A stretch of DNA of 64,000 nt from the human T2T-CHM13v2.0 reference genome, Homo sapiens. Shown here in pieces: positions 15,428 to 34,158 of this stretch; position 1 is the first letter of the stretch, and each line of letters begins with the position of its first letter. The notes under the pieces were generated by a model. The model was not told the DNA's origin, did no database searches, and was given only the letters and a program-made list of their open reading frames with translations. The stretch lies in NCBI RefSeq assembly GCF_009914755.1, contig NC_060938.1; one strand, given 5' to 3'. Position numbers and translations under genes: made by a program.

Positions 15428-16042
<615 letters not shown>

Positions 16043-16905
16043 CATGTCCCCTAGTTTATACACGCTTCAGTTTCTAAAATATTAATCCATCAATCTCATT
16101 CTTACTTTATTTGGGTACAGATCTATAAGGCAACTTCATGAACAATAAATAAAATACCATGAGTTGTGTTGATTGGCTGCAATAAAGAATACATCCAGAA
16201 TAGAAGCTTCAGCTAAACATCACTTGATTAAATGAATTATAATCCACTGTTATTTCCCAAGTTATATCACTATTCTACACAGTGTAAAAGTAAACTAAGT
16301 GGAGATCTTCTAGGGATCAAGTAACGTACATAGCATAAGATCTTTTCTTGCACAGTAGCCCTTATTTCATAAATCAGAAAGCTAATATGAACAATATACC
16401 AACTACTAAGTGAAGTGTTAAAATTCTGTATTCATGAACAGAGAAACTAATGAAAGGATGAATCTGAGTTCCTATGAACCAACTGTGTGGCAATCGTGAA
16501 TGAAGACTCAATCATTACATGCTAACTCTTTACCCTGACCCATGAAACATAATGTGTCCCCAGGAATTTGCATTCACTTGGATCTATGGCAAACAAACCC
16601 TGAAATTTCTAACAATTATCATGGTGTACATTTGACAGGTATCTTTGGGAAAGGCAAAAATAAGTATGTATAATATGCACTTATGATATGATTATTGAAT
16701 CTTTTGTTTTTGTCAGTCTCCTAGATGCTACTTCATAAAGAAGACCTGTGATTGTGAACTGGGTGAGTTCATTTCTAAGAAGTGGGTGAGATGCTTTATT
16801 TCCAGTTCATTTCTAAGAACTGAGTGAGATGCTTAAAGTTTCCATCATATTGATTTAAGATTGCACTGTGCTTGTCATATCTGTAATTTTTGTTTTATTT
16901 TGTAT

Positions 16906-17250
<345 letters not shown>

Positions 17251-18274
17251 ATTTTGTATAACTCTTTACCCTTTTACAATCCAACTTGGATTTTAGTGAT
17301 TCTTCAGTACCAGGAACTGCATAGTCAGTTAATCATTTTCACATTTAAGGGAAGTTTGGCTGCTGTGGACCCTGTGGTTACATCATCCCAAACGAAATTA
17401 AGGGAGTCCATTTAAATAGTAGAATCTGATAGCAACATCTCTGACTTTAAGAGAAACATCACCAGAATATATTTCAACAATGGTTTCATTCTCATCAAAA
17501 ATGCAGTTCCTGATGCTTTCATGATGCTTATGAATCATCTCTGGGGACATCAGAGAGGAACTCAGTGAAAGTAAATTGCACATCTTAAATCAACTTAAAC
17601 ATTCATAAGTATCATTTTTTTCCATTTCTTCCGCTACATTAGACCAAGACATTTCCAGCATTTTATCCTTATTTCGTGAGAGAGAACTCTGAGTCCAAAA
17701 CTTAGTCAACAAACAACTAGAACTATTTCTGTTTTATCTAGTTAGAATATTAAATCCACAATCTTTAATCAATGTGCTCTTTAAAAATCACCTTACTAAA
17801 ATTACATTTCTTTGTACTTGGTCAAATACTCTCAGAATCTATACTCACAAATATCATTCATGGATTTTTTCCAATATAAATTAGCAAAGCTTTCCAATGC
17901 TTTCATTTTTTTCTCCCAGGGTAACTTTATAATTGGCCCCCTGGGGGATGCTAGATTCTTAGTCCCATTATAGATCTGGATAAAATGATAAATTTAAAGT
18001 TAGTGGAGGTGTTCATGAGAAGAACTGACAGCTCTAGAGGTTTTTATAGTTTCCTAGCAAGGCAGAAATGGCCTCCTGAGACCGTGTGGAAGAGAGGTTG
18101 CATCTGTAGACTAGGGATGTATGTGGTCAGAGTTTAGGGAAAACTTCAGCAATCTTGTTACCTCCTCTTGCAACCACTTTTATTGTCATGTTCATATCCC
18201 TTCATACACCTTATTAAGTATTTAAATTTAGCATGAGATAACTTTTATAATTCATAATGATGAAACTTAAGTAC

Positions 18275-18450
18275 ATTTCAGAGACTGTTTTGAGCATTCA
18301 CATATATTAACAAATTTACTCCTCACAATACCTTATAAAGCAGGCATTATTATTTAAATGAGAAAATTGCATTACAGAGATGGAAATTTGCCCCAAATTA
18401 CAAAGCTAGAAATAGCTGAACTAGAACCTGAACCAAAATAGTCTAGTTTT
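18275..18450 (-). mobile_element. MIR SINE
   Basis: tcctcacaatacctt...attattt aaatgagaaaattg...ttgccccaaattacaaagctagaaatagctgaactagaacctgaacc. Confidence 0.65.
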
Positions 18451-18890
18451 ATAACCCTTACATTTAACTATACTGAGGCCGAGAGATCAGTGAATGTTGT
18501 AATTCATAAACCCACAGGACCAAATTTTAATTCAAGCTTTTAGGTATATTATCCCTAAAAATGTAATTGATGAGAAATTCTTTAAATTCAGTCACAGAAA
18601 TGATATGACTTGTTGTCTTTTACTTGGAACTTAAAAAGTTAGCACTCTAAGCTTTTTATTCTCTTTAAGATGACCAGTATAAATAAAGGAAACAGCTCAT
18701 TATACATTGCTTCGATTTTTCATGTTTTTTTAATATATATTTTTTCTATTAAAATGTTGTCACTTGAACTTTATTCCAGTTATCCACACATGGTAATTTA
18801 GTTACTTAGCCAAAGCATGCCATAGGCTGCCATGAGTTACATATTTTAATTATACTGTTAAATGACAGAATTCCAACCAGGCCGGAAAAC

Positions 18891-19292
18891 TGTTAAAATA
18901 AATTAAATTTTGCCTAAGTTTACCTCAGAACCTTGAATTCCTCCATAGTAAACTTCGACCTTAGTATGAAAACCACTACAATCTAACAAGAGCATAATTT
19001 TGTAATAAATATTTATTACAACATCTGAGCTTCACAACATCTGAGCTTCAGCCAATCACAAGCTACCAACTGAGCAGACCAAGTCCAAATAAGGAAAACT
19101 CTGAACTGTAACCAATCAAGCTTTTTATGTAGTTCACTTCCATTTTTTGTCTATAAATGCTTCTTGCCCACAGCTGTGCAGCACAGCTTTTTGAACCTTT
19201 TCTTGTTCTATGGACTAATTGATTCATGAATTATTGTTTGCTCAATTAAATTCTGTTAAATTAAATTTGTCTATGGTTTTTTTATTTTAATA
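18891..19292 (+). mobile_element. MER57-type ERV1 solo LTR
   Basis: TGTTAAA start; gccaatca, aaataagg...ctgtaaccaatc, tttgctcaattaaattctgttaaattaaatttgtcta; contains a 16-bp tandem duplication at 19018-19049. Confidence 0.8.
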
Positions 19293-19949
19293 AAGCCATT
19301 CCCAGATGTCCAACAGTACCCTGAGGGTCACCTTCTTTTATTTATATCTTCCCCCATTTCATAGAGGTTTTAGGTAATTAATTTTAATAAAAACATATAG
19401 GTTCTAGCAAATTAAACAGGAAGTTAAGCTTCCAACTACAATGTTCAAAACAATGCTATCAATTTGGCTTCTTGAGAAGATAATCGCAACCACTGAAGTC
19501 ACTCAATCACTCGACAAAGGCATTATCACCCCCTCACTGACACTGCCCCACCAATGCAACTTGAGTGTTACAATTCAACCTTTTGCTTCTGTTGTTACTG
19601 AAATCTGGGCGTATTTGCTGGCAAAATGAATTCCATAGAAATTCTAAATACTCTGAATGAAAGTCTCTAGGACTAAGTGTATTGCTGAATCCATGGTCCA
19701 TGACCTAGTCCTAGATCTAGGCCTATAATGGGTCCACACTAAATGACTGCATTTTTTAGATGTTAACATTGTGGGACATAGATATCACAAAAATGGGAAT
19801 TTGCTCAAACAAGGACATCAATAAGTAATGAGTCATCAGAAAACCTGACATGGCAAATAATCTGAGAAGACAAAAAGAGCACATACTGATCTCTCTCTAT
19901 AATGCAAAAGACTTGTGATAATGTTCATAATTATGTTAATAATAAGAAA

Positions 19950-21228
19950 ATCCTAAATAAAGTAATAACATAAGGATACTTTTTAACAATAAAAACCGTG
20001 TTTAGTTTAACAAAAGAAATGCTAGAATGATTTTTAAGCAGAAATACTAGGAGCAGTGTTATTGAGTTCAGAATTTAGATTTATTTTTGGTCATTGTCAT
20101 TATTATTCAACAATGTCTTGGAAGTCACAGCTAGTATCACTGGGAAGGGAACTTAGAGATATAAAAATTGGAAAAGAAGAGTTATAAAAATTATTTAATG
20201 ATAATTTCTTGATGATTAGAAAATCCAAGGAGATTAAGTATAACACTACAAGAAAAAGCAGGAGGCTATAGGAAACTGGCTGGTTAAAAAAAAATAATAT
20301 TCAGGAATCAATAACTTCTTCATATAGAAATAATCACCAGTTAGAAGATACGTTGATTTATAACAGTAAAACAACAAAAAGCATGAAAGACATATTAATA
20401 AATATAACTAGAATTATACATTATTTCAATCACTTTTAACACTTAAAATTTCCCTAAGTTGAGATGAACAAAGGCAAACAAAAAATAGATTGATAGACAA
20501 AAATATTTAAAGTCACAAAATGCCAATTATTCTTATGTTAATTAATATATCTAATGTACTCTTAATACAGATGACAAAAGGAATTTTTAACTAGCAAAGC
20601 TGATTCTACATTTTACAGGGAAAATACCCAAAGAAATTTTGAAAATTAAGAATAATAAAGCAACAGTACTGCTAACAGACAACAAAATATATTATGATGC
20701 CATAAAAATAAATCATATGGTATTGGTATATGAACAGATGGCAAAATAACTGCAAATGAAAGTTTTAAAGTATCTGCAGATGCATGAACACATTTAATAT
20801 CTAATGAAGTGTTTCCCATGTTTATGATCACTAGAAAATGATAGGATGTTAAAAAATGATGTAAGCTCATCTAAGTATTCATCTAACAAAAAAAAAAATG
20901 TGGATCTATGCATGAACCCCAACTAAGACACATTCTAATTAAACTAAAGCAGTGTATTTTAAAAATAAATAAATAAATAAATGAGAGAAAGAGAAAATAA
21001 AGAAGGAGGATGAGGAAGAAGAGCCAGAAGAGGAGCCAGAAGGGGGAAAAAGAAGAGGAGGAGGAGGAGGAGGAGGAAAGAGAAGAAAGATGAGGGGGAA
21101 CAAAAGGAGGAGAAGTAAAGTAGGAGAAAGAGAAGAAGAAAGGTGAGGATTTTTTTTTAAGGAGCCATGGGAAAATTAATTTCAGAATTAGTGAGTCTTT
21201 TCTATGACAAAAATGAATAAAAATTCCA
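19950..21228 (+). mobile_element. Ancient L1ME-type ORF2 remnant (continues about 29105-29600)
   Basis: Highly degenerate L1 ORF2 motifs (tattattcaacaatgtcttggaagtcacagct, aaagctgattctaca, catatggtattggtat). Confidence 0.55.
20983..21150 (+). repeat. GA-rich polypurine low-complexity tract including a (GAG)n run
   Basis: Almost pure A/G for about 165 bp. Confidence 0.9.
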
Positions 21229-23769
21229 TTAACCAAATTCACACCAACTTATTTGCCCTTGAAAACCCCAGCTTCTAGTAACCACCATCTTACTCTTTTA
21301 TTTTATGAGATCAACTTTTTTTTTTTTTCATTGCAGGGTACATGTGCAGGATGTGTAGATTTGTTACACAGGTAAACGTGTGCCATGGTGGTTTGCTGCA
21401 CCTATCAACCCGTCACCTAGGTATTAAGCCTAGCATGCATTAGCTCTTTTCCCTAATTATCTCTGTCCCTCTGCCCTCCCATGAGAGGCCCCAATGTGTG
21501 TTGCTCCCCTCCCGGTGTCCACGTGTTCTCACTGTTCAGCTCCCCCTTATAAGTGAGAACACGCAGCGTTTGGTTTTCTGTTCCTGCATTAGTTTGCTGA
21601 GGATAATGGCTTCCAGGTTGTTTATGTGGTTGCTTCGTAGTGTCATTGGTCTGTGTACTTCATTGTGTTTTTGTAGTAGCTGGGAAAGGTTTTTCCTTTC
21701 TGGGAATGGTTTTTCCTTTCCATGTTTAGTGCTTCCTTCAAGGGCTCTGGCAAAGCAGGCCTGGTGGTGATGAAATCCCTCAGCATATGCTTGTCTGAAA
21801 ATGATTTTATTTCTCCTTCGCTTATGAACCTTAGTTTGGCCAGATATAAAATTCTGAGCTGGAAATTCTTTTAAGAATGTTAAATATTGGCCCCCAAACT
21901 CTTCTGGCTTGCAGGGTTTCCACTGAAAGGTCCACTGTTAGTCTGATAAGCTTCCCTTTGTAGATGATTAGGCCTTTCTCTCTGATTGCCCTTAACTTTT
22001 TTTTCCCTCATTTCAACCTTGGAGAATCTGATGATTTTGTGTCTTGGGGTAGATGTTCTTGGGGAGTATCTTAAGGGGTTCTCTGGAATGTCTTAATTTG
22101 AATGTTGGCCTTTCTCACTAGGTTGCAGAGGTTCTGGATGATACCCTGAAGTGTGTTTTACAACTTGATTCCACTCTCCCTAACTCTTTCAGGTTCTACA
22201 ATCAGTTGTAACTATGGTTTTTTTTTACATAGTCCCATAGTTCTTGGAGTTTTATTCATTCTTTTTCATCCTCATTACTCTAATCTTATCTCCCTGCCTT
22301 ATTTCAGCAAGATAGTCTTCAAGTTCTAATATTCTCTCTTCCACTTGGTTGATTCAGCTATTGATACTAGTGTTTGCATCATGAAGTTCTTGTGCTGTGT
22401 TTTTCAGCTCAATCAGGTCATTTATGCTCCTCTCTAAACCGGTTGTTCTAGTTAACGGCCCCTATATTTTATTATGGTTCTTAGCTTTTTTTTGCATTGG
22501 GTTAGAAAGTAACCCTTTAGCTCAGTGAATTCCTTATTACCCATTTTCTGAAGCCTACTTCTGTCAGTTTATCCATCTCAGTTTCAGCCCTGTTCTATGC
22601 CCTTGCTGGAGAAGTACTGAAATCATTTGGAGGGGAAGAGGCATTCTGGCATTTGGTATTTTCAACATTTTTGCACTGGATTTTCCTCATCTTCATGGAT
22701 TTATCTGCCTTTGATCTTTGAGGCTGTTGACCTTTGGATAGGGTTTTTGTGGGGTCTTTTTTGTTGATGTTGTTGTTGTTGTTGATTTCTGTTTGTCTGT
22801 TTTTCTTCTAATGGTCAGGCCCCTCTTCTGCAGGTCTGCTGCAGTTTTCTTGTGGTTGATTCCAGATGCTGTTTATCTGGGGATCACCAGGCTGCAGAAC
22901 AGCGAGGATTGCTGCCTGCTCCTTCCTCTAGAAGCTTTGTCCCAGCAGGGCACCAACTTGATGCCAGATGGAACTCTCCAGTATGAGGTGTCTGGCAACC
23001 GCTGTTGGGAGGTCTCACCCAGTCAGGAGGCACCCAGGTCAGGGACCCGCTTAAGGAAGCAGTCTGACTGTCCCTTAGCAGAGCTGGTGCACTGTGCTGG
23101 GGGAATCCCCCTCATCTGGATTGCCTGGACTCTTCAGAGCCAGCAAGCAGGAAAGATTAAGTTCACTGAACCCAAGACCACAGCCAGCCCTCTCCCTAGG
23201 TGCTCTGTCCCAGGGAGATAAGAGTTATGTCTCTATGCCCCTGGCTGGCATTGCTGGAATTCCCATAGGGAGGCCTTGCCTGGTGAGAGGGATGGATCTG
23301 GGTCCCACCTAAAGAAGCAGTCTGGCCATGACCTGTCACAGCCCCTGTGCTGTGATGTGCGGAATACCACCCAGTCGAAACTGACCATCATCCCTAGCAC
23401 TGGATGGGGAGAACCACCAACTAGATCCACAGTAATGGCGGTTGCCCCTCCCGCCTGGGAACTTTGTTGTTTTAGGCAGACTCCAGGCTGCTGTGCTGGC
23501 CAGCGGAGATTCCAAGCCAGGGGTGTTAGTTTGCGGGGTTCTGTGGGAGTCAGCAAGGCTGTTGGCTCCCTGGCTTCAGCCCCTATTCCACTGGAGTGGA
23601 TAGTTCTCCTGCCTCACTGGAGCTCCGGGTGCCACCAGAGTCTGTGAAAACTCCTGCAGCTTATGTAATGGATTACGTTTATTGATTTGCGTATGTTGAT
23701 CCAGCCTTGCATCCCAGGGATGAAGCCCACTTGATCATGGTGGATAAGCTTTTTGATATGCTGCTGGAT

Positions 23770-25730
<1,961 letters not shown>

Positions 25731-26045
25731 GGTTATTTTGCTTGTTAGTTGATATAGTTTCTTCCTGGCATCAATGGTCTTTACAATTTGGCATGTTTTT
25801 GGAGTGGCTGGTACTGTTTGTTCCTTTCCATCTTTAGTGCTTCCTTCAGGAGCTCTTCTAAGGCAGGCCTGGTGGTAACAAAATCTCTCAGCATTTGCTT
25901 GTCTGTAAAGGATTTTATTTCTCCTTCACTTATGAAGCTTAATTTGGCTGGGTATGAAATTATGAGTTGAAAATTCTTTTCTTTAAGAATGTTGAATATT
26001 GGCCCCCACTCTCTTCTGGCTTGTAGAGTTTCTGCTGAGAGATCC

Positions 26046-28122
<2,077 letters not shown>

Positions 28123-30044
28123 ACAACGAGAACACTTGGACACAGGAAGAGGAACATCACACACTAGGGCCTGTCGTGGGGTGGGGGGAGTGGGGAGGGA
28201 TAGCATTAGGAGATATACCTAATGTAAATGACGAGTTAATGGCTGCAGCACACCAATATGGCATATGTATACATATGTAACAAACCTGCACATTGTGCAC
28301 ATGTACCCTAGAACTTAAAGTATAATTGTAGTAAAAAAGAAATTTAAAAAAAAAAAAAAAAAAAAAAACTCCTGCAGCTCAGCCCCTGCAGGAATAACCA
28401 GAACAGCTGTCATGGGTTTGCTCAATTTTGTGCTTGAGACCCAAGGCCCTGGTGGTGTAAACTTACAAGGAAATATCCTGATTCATGGATTGCAAAAATT
28501 CATGGGGAAAAATGCAGTACCCGGGCAGGGAGCCCAGTCCCGCACTGCCTCCATTGGCTGGGAGAGGGAGGTCCCTTTGCCCTGTGCAGCTCCCAGGTGA
28601 ACTGTCACCCTACCCTGCTTTTCCTTGCTCTCTGTGTGTTTCGCCAACTGCCTAGTCAATCACAGTGACGTGAACTGGGTACCTTAGTTGGAAATGCAGA
28701 AATCACTTTGTTTATCATGTTTGTCTCACTGTGAGCTGCAGACCGGAGCTGTTTCTACTCTGCCATCTTGGCCTGTCCTCCGAGATCAACTTCTTTATAG
28801 GTCTTTGGTAGTTTTCTTTCATGCCTGGCTTGTTTCATTAAACCTAAAGTTCTTCAGGTTCATTCATGTAGCAGTAAATGCCAGAATTTTATTCTTTGTT
28901 TATGACTGAATAGGATTCTACTGTATATTTATACTACATTTTCTTTATCCATTCATCCACTGATAGCTATTTGAAGTAATGCATTTTTAATTAGCTAGAT
29001 TTCACCAATTCACAATGTATATAATACTTCAGAACATCCTGTTGTATGTTATAAAAATATATAATGGAATTTGTCCGTTTATTTAAAATAAAATAAAAAT
29101 TTCAGAAAGTCTAAGATCAAAAAGCTCAATATGTAAGTTTTTAAAACTTAAAAAATTATGCACAATACTTAAAAGACAAAAACTGGAAAAATATTCACAA
29201 TATACTAAAATAGATAATTTTATTAAATGATAAACAAATAGGTCAATGTGTGAATGTCCAATTGAAAATTAATTTAAGTAGTAAACTTACAAGGAAAACA
29301 AGAGGTTCTCATATATGATGATATTCCATTTCACTTATAAGAGAGAAATACACATTAAAATTAAACTGAAATACTTTCAACCATTAGCATAGCCAAAGAT
29401 CTAATTTTTTGGTAGCACATTAATTTGGGAATTAAGTTCTCTCATACATTACTGTATAGCACAGTCTACCCACATGCTTTACTGTTGGATGGTACAACAT
29501 CCATGGAAAACAATGTGACACAATAAAAAAAAAACACATATTATAACATTCTACCTAGAAATATTTCTTGTTGTTTATTGGCTATGTAAATATTCACCTA
29601 TGAATAAGTTACATAGATGAAAGACCTTCCAAAACATTTTTGAGAATTTGAGAACATGAAAGAGAACTGATAGAATTGATAGGAAGATTTAAAGTCAAAG
29701 AAAAAGAAAAGGTATTAGTACTTAGTCTGTCAATTTAAAGTGATTTAAGTGATGTCTAATATCACTTATAATAAAGAAAACATACAAAAATATAGGCAAT
29801 TTCATAAGAAAAGTTTTTGTACCCACTGACCAGCTTTAACAAATCCATGTTATTGCATGTAACAACAGTTGCTTCTCCTTCATTGCTGTGTGACATTGTT
29901 ATTTTGCTTTATCATATATTGTGTATGTATGTATTGTATATATTTGAGCGTGAAATAGCTGCAGGAAATATTGCCTTTAGTAGACACAGTTTTAGTAGAT
30001 ACTGACATTCACCATTACCAATATCTGTGACATTGTGTATATTT

Positions 30045-30185
30045 TTAACTGTGTCTTTGCTTCCTCCTCTGTAAAATGGGAGATAATAGTATTTACCTTA
30101 TGAAGTTTCTATGAGGATTCGATGAGAAAGTATAGGTGAAAATATTTAGAGCTGTTTCTGGCACGTAGTAATTGTGTGTTATTTA
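30045..30185 (+). mobile_element. MIR SINE
   Basis: ttcctcctctgtaaaatgggagataatagtatttacctta...gaggattcgatgaga...tctggcacgtagtaa. Confidence 0.75.
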
Positions 30186-30369
30186 TTTAACATCATCCTC
30201 ATCTTCTCTAAGATTGTTCTATAATTCTTTATATAACATAGAATTTTAAAATACACAAGAAAATGTTTTGACATATTCTCTCCTGATTATATCATTTTCA
30301 AAGAGGTATACTTTTATAGTATATTGTTTTATAATTATTCTATCCAGCAATGTAACATTTTGATTTATA

Positions 30370-30690
30370 TTTGTTTTTAAATTTACATATAAAATTGTCT
30401 ATATTTGTGGTGCATATGATATTTGGATGCACATATACATGTGGAATGGTTAAATAAAGCTAACTAACATATGTATTACCTTGCATACTTATTTTTTGTA
30501 CTGAAAGTATTTATAATCTACTCTCTTAGCAATTTCCAAGTATACAATATATTGTTTGTAACTATAGTTAGCCTGTTGTACAATAAATCTCTTTATTTCT
30601 AACTTAATTTTTTGCATCTTTTAACCAATATATTTTTAAAACCTCACCCTTCAGCCTTACTAATTACCATTGCACTTTCCATCTATTTTT
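30370..30690 (-). mobile_element. L1MA 3' end fragment
   Basis: tgtggaatggttaaat, aatctactctcttagcaatttccaagtatacaata. Confidence 0.75.
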
Positions 30691-31344
30691 TGTTACAGTA
30701 GCCCATGGCTGTATCCTAATTAGCTATAAGAGGCCATGCATTTTATTAGGTCCTATGTTCATTTTCTCAGGCAATCCTTAGGGAATGCTAACTTATTTCA
30801 AAGATGCTGTCTCTGTTTTTACCTCCCACCTCAGCCAGGAGTTGTGCTTCACAACACAGGTCTACTCTTAGGCAAATCAACTACTTATATCCTGAAAGAA
30901 CTATTTCAGGCTGCAGGGATTTTTCTCTAATTATAAATATGAGTTTTAGATTTATGTTCTATGACTTTTATAGATCCCTGAAATAGTATTTTGGAATGTG
31001 GTTACTTACTAGAAATATAAAAATTAGGTAACGATTTAATTATATTACTAATTATTTACCTTTTATTTTATTTTTGAGCACCTACTAGTGTGTGGCATTT
31101 TGCCACTTATTGAAGATGGTAAGATATATAAGTGCAGTTTCTGTTACAAGGGTCTTACCAGTCCCAAAATGTCATCCAGAAGCTCAAGCAAAATTAAATT
31201 TTTTCCAAATAATATATTTCTTCTCTAACACCTTATAAATACATTTGGCCTACTAAAATGCATATTCCATAATGACATAAGCAGAAAAATCTTCTTTCAG
31301 TCTGTTAACGAATCTTTCAGAATAGTGTTAAAAGGGAACAATAT

Positions 31345-31754
31345 TGTGTTAGTCCATTTGCATTGACATAAATACCTGAGGTTGGGTAATTTATAAAGAA
31401 AAGAGGTTTAATTGGCTCATAGTTCTTCAGCCTGTGAAAGAAGCATGGTGCTGGCACCTGCTTCTGGTGAGGCCTCAGAAAGCTTCCAATCAGAAGATGA
31501 AGCACAGCAGACATGTCAAAAGGCAAGAGTGGGAGCAAGAGAGAGAAAAGGGGCTCTAAGACTCTTAAACAACCAGATTTCAGGTGAATTAACTGAACTG
31601 TATAAGAACTCACTCATCACCATGGAGATGGCTCTAAGCCACTCATGAAGGATTTGTCACAATGATCCAATATCTCCCACTCAGTCCTACTTCCAATGTT
31701 GGGGATAACATTTCAGCATGAGATTTGAAAGGGACAAACATCAAAACCATATTA
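31345..31754 (-). mobile_element. MST (MSTB-like) MaLR solo LTR
   Basis: tgtgttagtccatttg...gggtaatttataaagaaaagaggtttaattggctca...gagatttgaaagggacaaacatcaaaaccatat; 5-bp TSD AATAT (31340-31344 and 31755-31759). Confidence 0.9.
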
Positions 31755-32346
31755 AATATGTACCTCAATATTTACTTCAGTCATTTTTCTTTTGTTCTTA
31801 AATTTAAATCAGTAATAAGAAGACTAAGAAGTGAGGCAGTGAGCATGTATGGATCATGAAAGGAGGTGAGGTGGTATTTATGGGGTATACCAGGCCAGGC
31901 ACGTGCCAGCAAGGAGTGATAGGACTTGTGAAAAACTGATGTCCTAAATTCAATAAAAATAAAACAAAACCTACTAGCAAAAACTCTGCAGGATAAAATT
32001 CACCTTACATGAAAGTATAAGGCGAAAGTGCTGAGTTTTATATCCAAACCTATTTGATGCCGAAGTCCATCCTTCTTAATCTCTTAGGGCCATTAATTGT
32101 AGTTCATTCCTAAACCAGTACCTTAGTGGACTACCTTGAATGTTTCTAAAACCCTCATCTGCCACACATTCTCCAGACTTTTCTTAGAATGGTCTTAAGC
32201 AAATGCTTATTACCATCAATAATCTTTTGAGTTTTGTTTTTCTCACAAATGTTTACTTTAATTCCATATTCTGAGTGTTCCTTCTTGTAAGTAATATATT
32301 AAGATTGTAGTAATGTTATAAAAAAAAAAAAAAAAAAAAAAGCTTA

Positions 32347-32463
32347 GGCTCGGAGCAGCGGCTCACCTCTGTAATCCCAGCTCTTTGGGAGGCAGAGGCA
32401 GGTGGATTACCTGATGTGAGGAGTTTGAGTCCAGCCTGGCCAACACGGTGAAACCCCTTCTCC

Positions 32464-32496
<33 letters not shown>

Positions 32497-32660
32497 GCCT
32501 GTTGTGGTGGCAAGCACCTATAATCCAAGCTACTTGGGAGGCTGAGGCAGGACAATCACTTGAACTCAGGAGGTGGAGGTTGCAGTAAGCCAAGATCATG
32601 CTATTGCACTCCAGCCTGGGCGACAAGAGCGTAACTCCATCTCAAAAAAAAAAAAAAAAA
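32347..32660 (+). mobile_element. AluS (Sq/Sp-like) SINE with long A tracts before it, in the linker and in the tail
   Basis: gcgacaagagcg diagnostic; A-runs at about 32320-32341, 32466-32493 and 32644-32660. Confidence 0.9.
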
Positions 32661-33804
32661 GCCTCTTGTCAGTTTGTCCCTCTCCCCTGCATGGACTTAA
32701 ATATGTCTTTGTCTCTTTCCCTTATAATACTTCCTTAACCATAATGTTATGTCACTTGTGTTTCATGAATAATAAGAATAAGAAAAGTCAGAAAATGTAT
32801 TGGTCAGATTCTAAGGCAGTCTATTTTAACAGAAAAAATAACAGAGCCCAGGATAATTAGATCCTTTCCAAAGTAACTTTAAATATTAGATAATAAGTTA
32901 ATACATGAGTAAGTGAATGATTAAAAGAATCCAAAATCAGTCCTTCTTTTACTATTTAAGATACGTATATCACTGTCATTTTATCATACTGTATCATTTA
33001 TTCTTCAAGTATAGAATGTTAATGTACTTGTGTGATGAGTTTTAACAAAAGTCATTTCATAAAGAAAATGCATGATTACATTTTTTCTATAAATACTGAT
33101 TTGAAATATGAAATATGATATCTCCTTTTTTTAAATTTACTTTTTTTGTGCTGGTGTCAATAAAATGTAATCCAATCCAACCCAACCAATATTCTTACTC
33201 GGGAATTGGAGCCATAAAATATCATCTTATTAACTGGGTAAATAAAGCCTGTCTCTTTAGAGTATAACATTTCAAAGTGCTTCGGTGAATTGCAGGCTTT
33301 AAGACCACTTCCAGTAAGTCTCTTTGCTTAAGAAAGAAAAAAACATTGATTTTCTAATATATGTCGAGTATGCTGCTCAGAGTACAAAAACCAGTTAAAA
33401 AAGACAGTAGCTGTGAAAAGCTGAAGAGAACGTGGGTGAGAGAAAAAGCAATTTATTTTACCTAGGAAACTTTGGAAACTGATTTAAACAGAATAAATGG
33501 TATAAAGAAATCAGACATTTGTCCAAAATTCTAAATATAGAAAAAGGGGGTTGAAGTGTAAAAAGCCAAACTGCTTACAAATGTAAAAGTAGAGACTAGT
33601 TATCAAATACTTTTTGTTCAAATTGGTCAAAAGGAAGGGAGAAAAATATTTCTGCTTTTTAAACATTATAAATTTACAAATTTTCATTGGCAGTGAAGAA
33701 ATACGATGTCTTTTCATACTTCCAGATTAACAATTACTTTACCTTTCTTTTTACTTAATTACTTCAACTATTTTTTTGTAATAAATTGACTTTTCTCTTG
33801 CCTA

Positions 33805-34040
33805 GGCAGTGACATGGTTATAAGCACTGGATTTAGGGTCAAGCAAGACTCAGTCTGAATATTTGTCTTATTATTTCTAGATATATAACAAGTAATTTTC
33901 TTGAGCTTTCTTTACTTTCAATAATACAGACATAATAATAGTTCCCATATAACAATTGCTTTAATAAAAAGACATATTCATGCAAATGCTTTATCACAGT
34001 GCCAGCAAATGGTAAGCATAGTAAACATTCAACATATGCC
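33805..34040 (+). mobile_element. MIR SINE
   Basis: tggttataagcactggatttagggtcaagcaagac...tgctttatcacagtgccagcaaatggtaagc. Confidence 0.6.
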
Positions 34041-34158
34041 CACAAGGGTGAATATAATGAGGATGTTTATGAGTCACACTATAGCTGTCTCTCTCTATCC
34101 CCTTCCCCTGTGTATATATCTATCAAAAAAATAGTGACACAAGACAGAAGTATCAATA

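Noticed and set aside
17398-17583. 61-aa ORF in apparently unique sequence
   Set aside because: No recognisable domain, no ATG start, no convincing splice sites; length expected by chance
20883-21242. 119-aa hydrophobic, membrane-protein-like ORF
   Set aside because: It is the antisense reading of the GA-rich low-complexity tract
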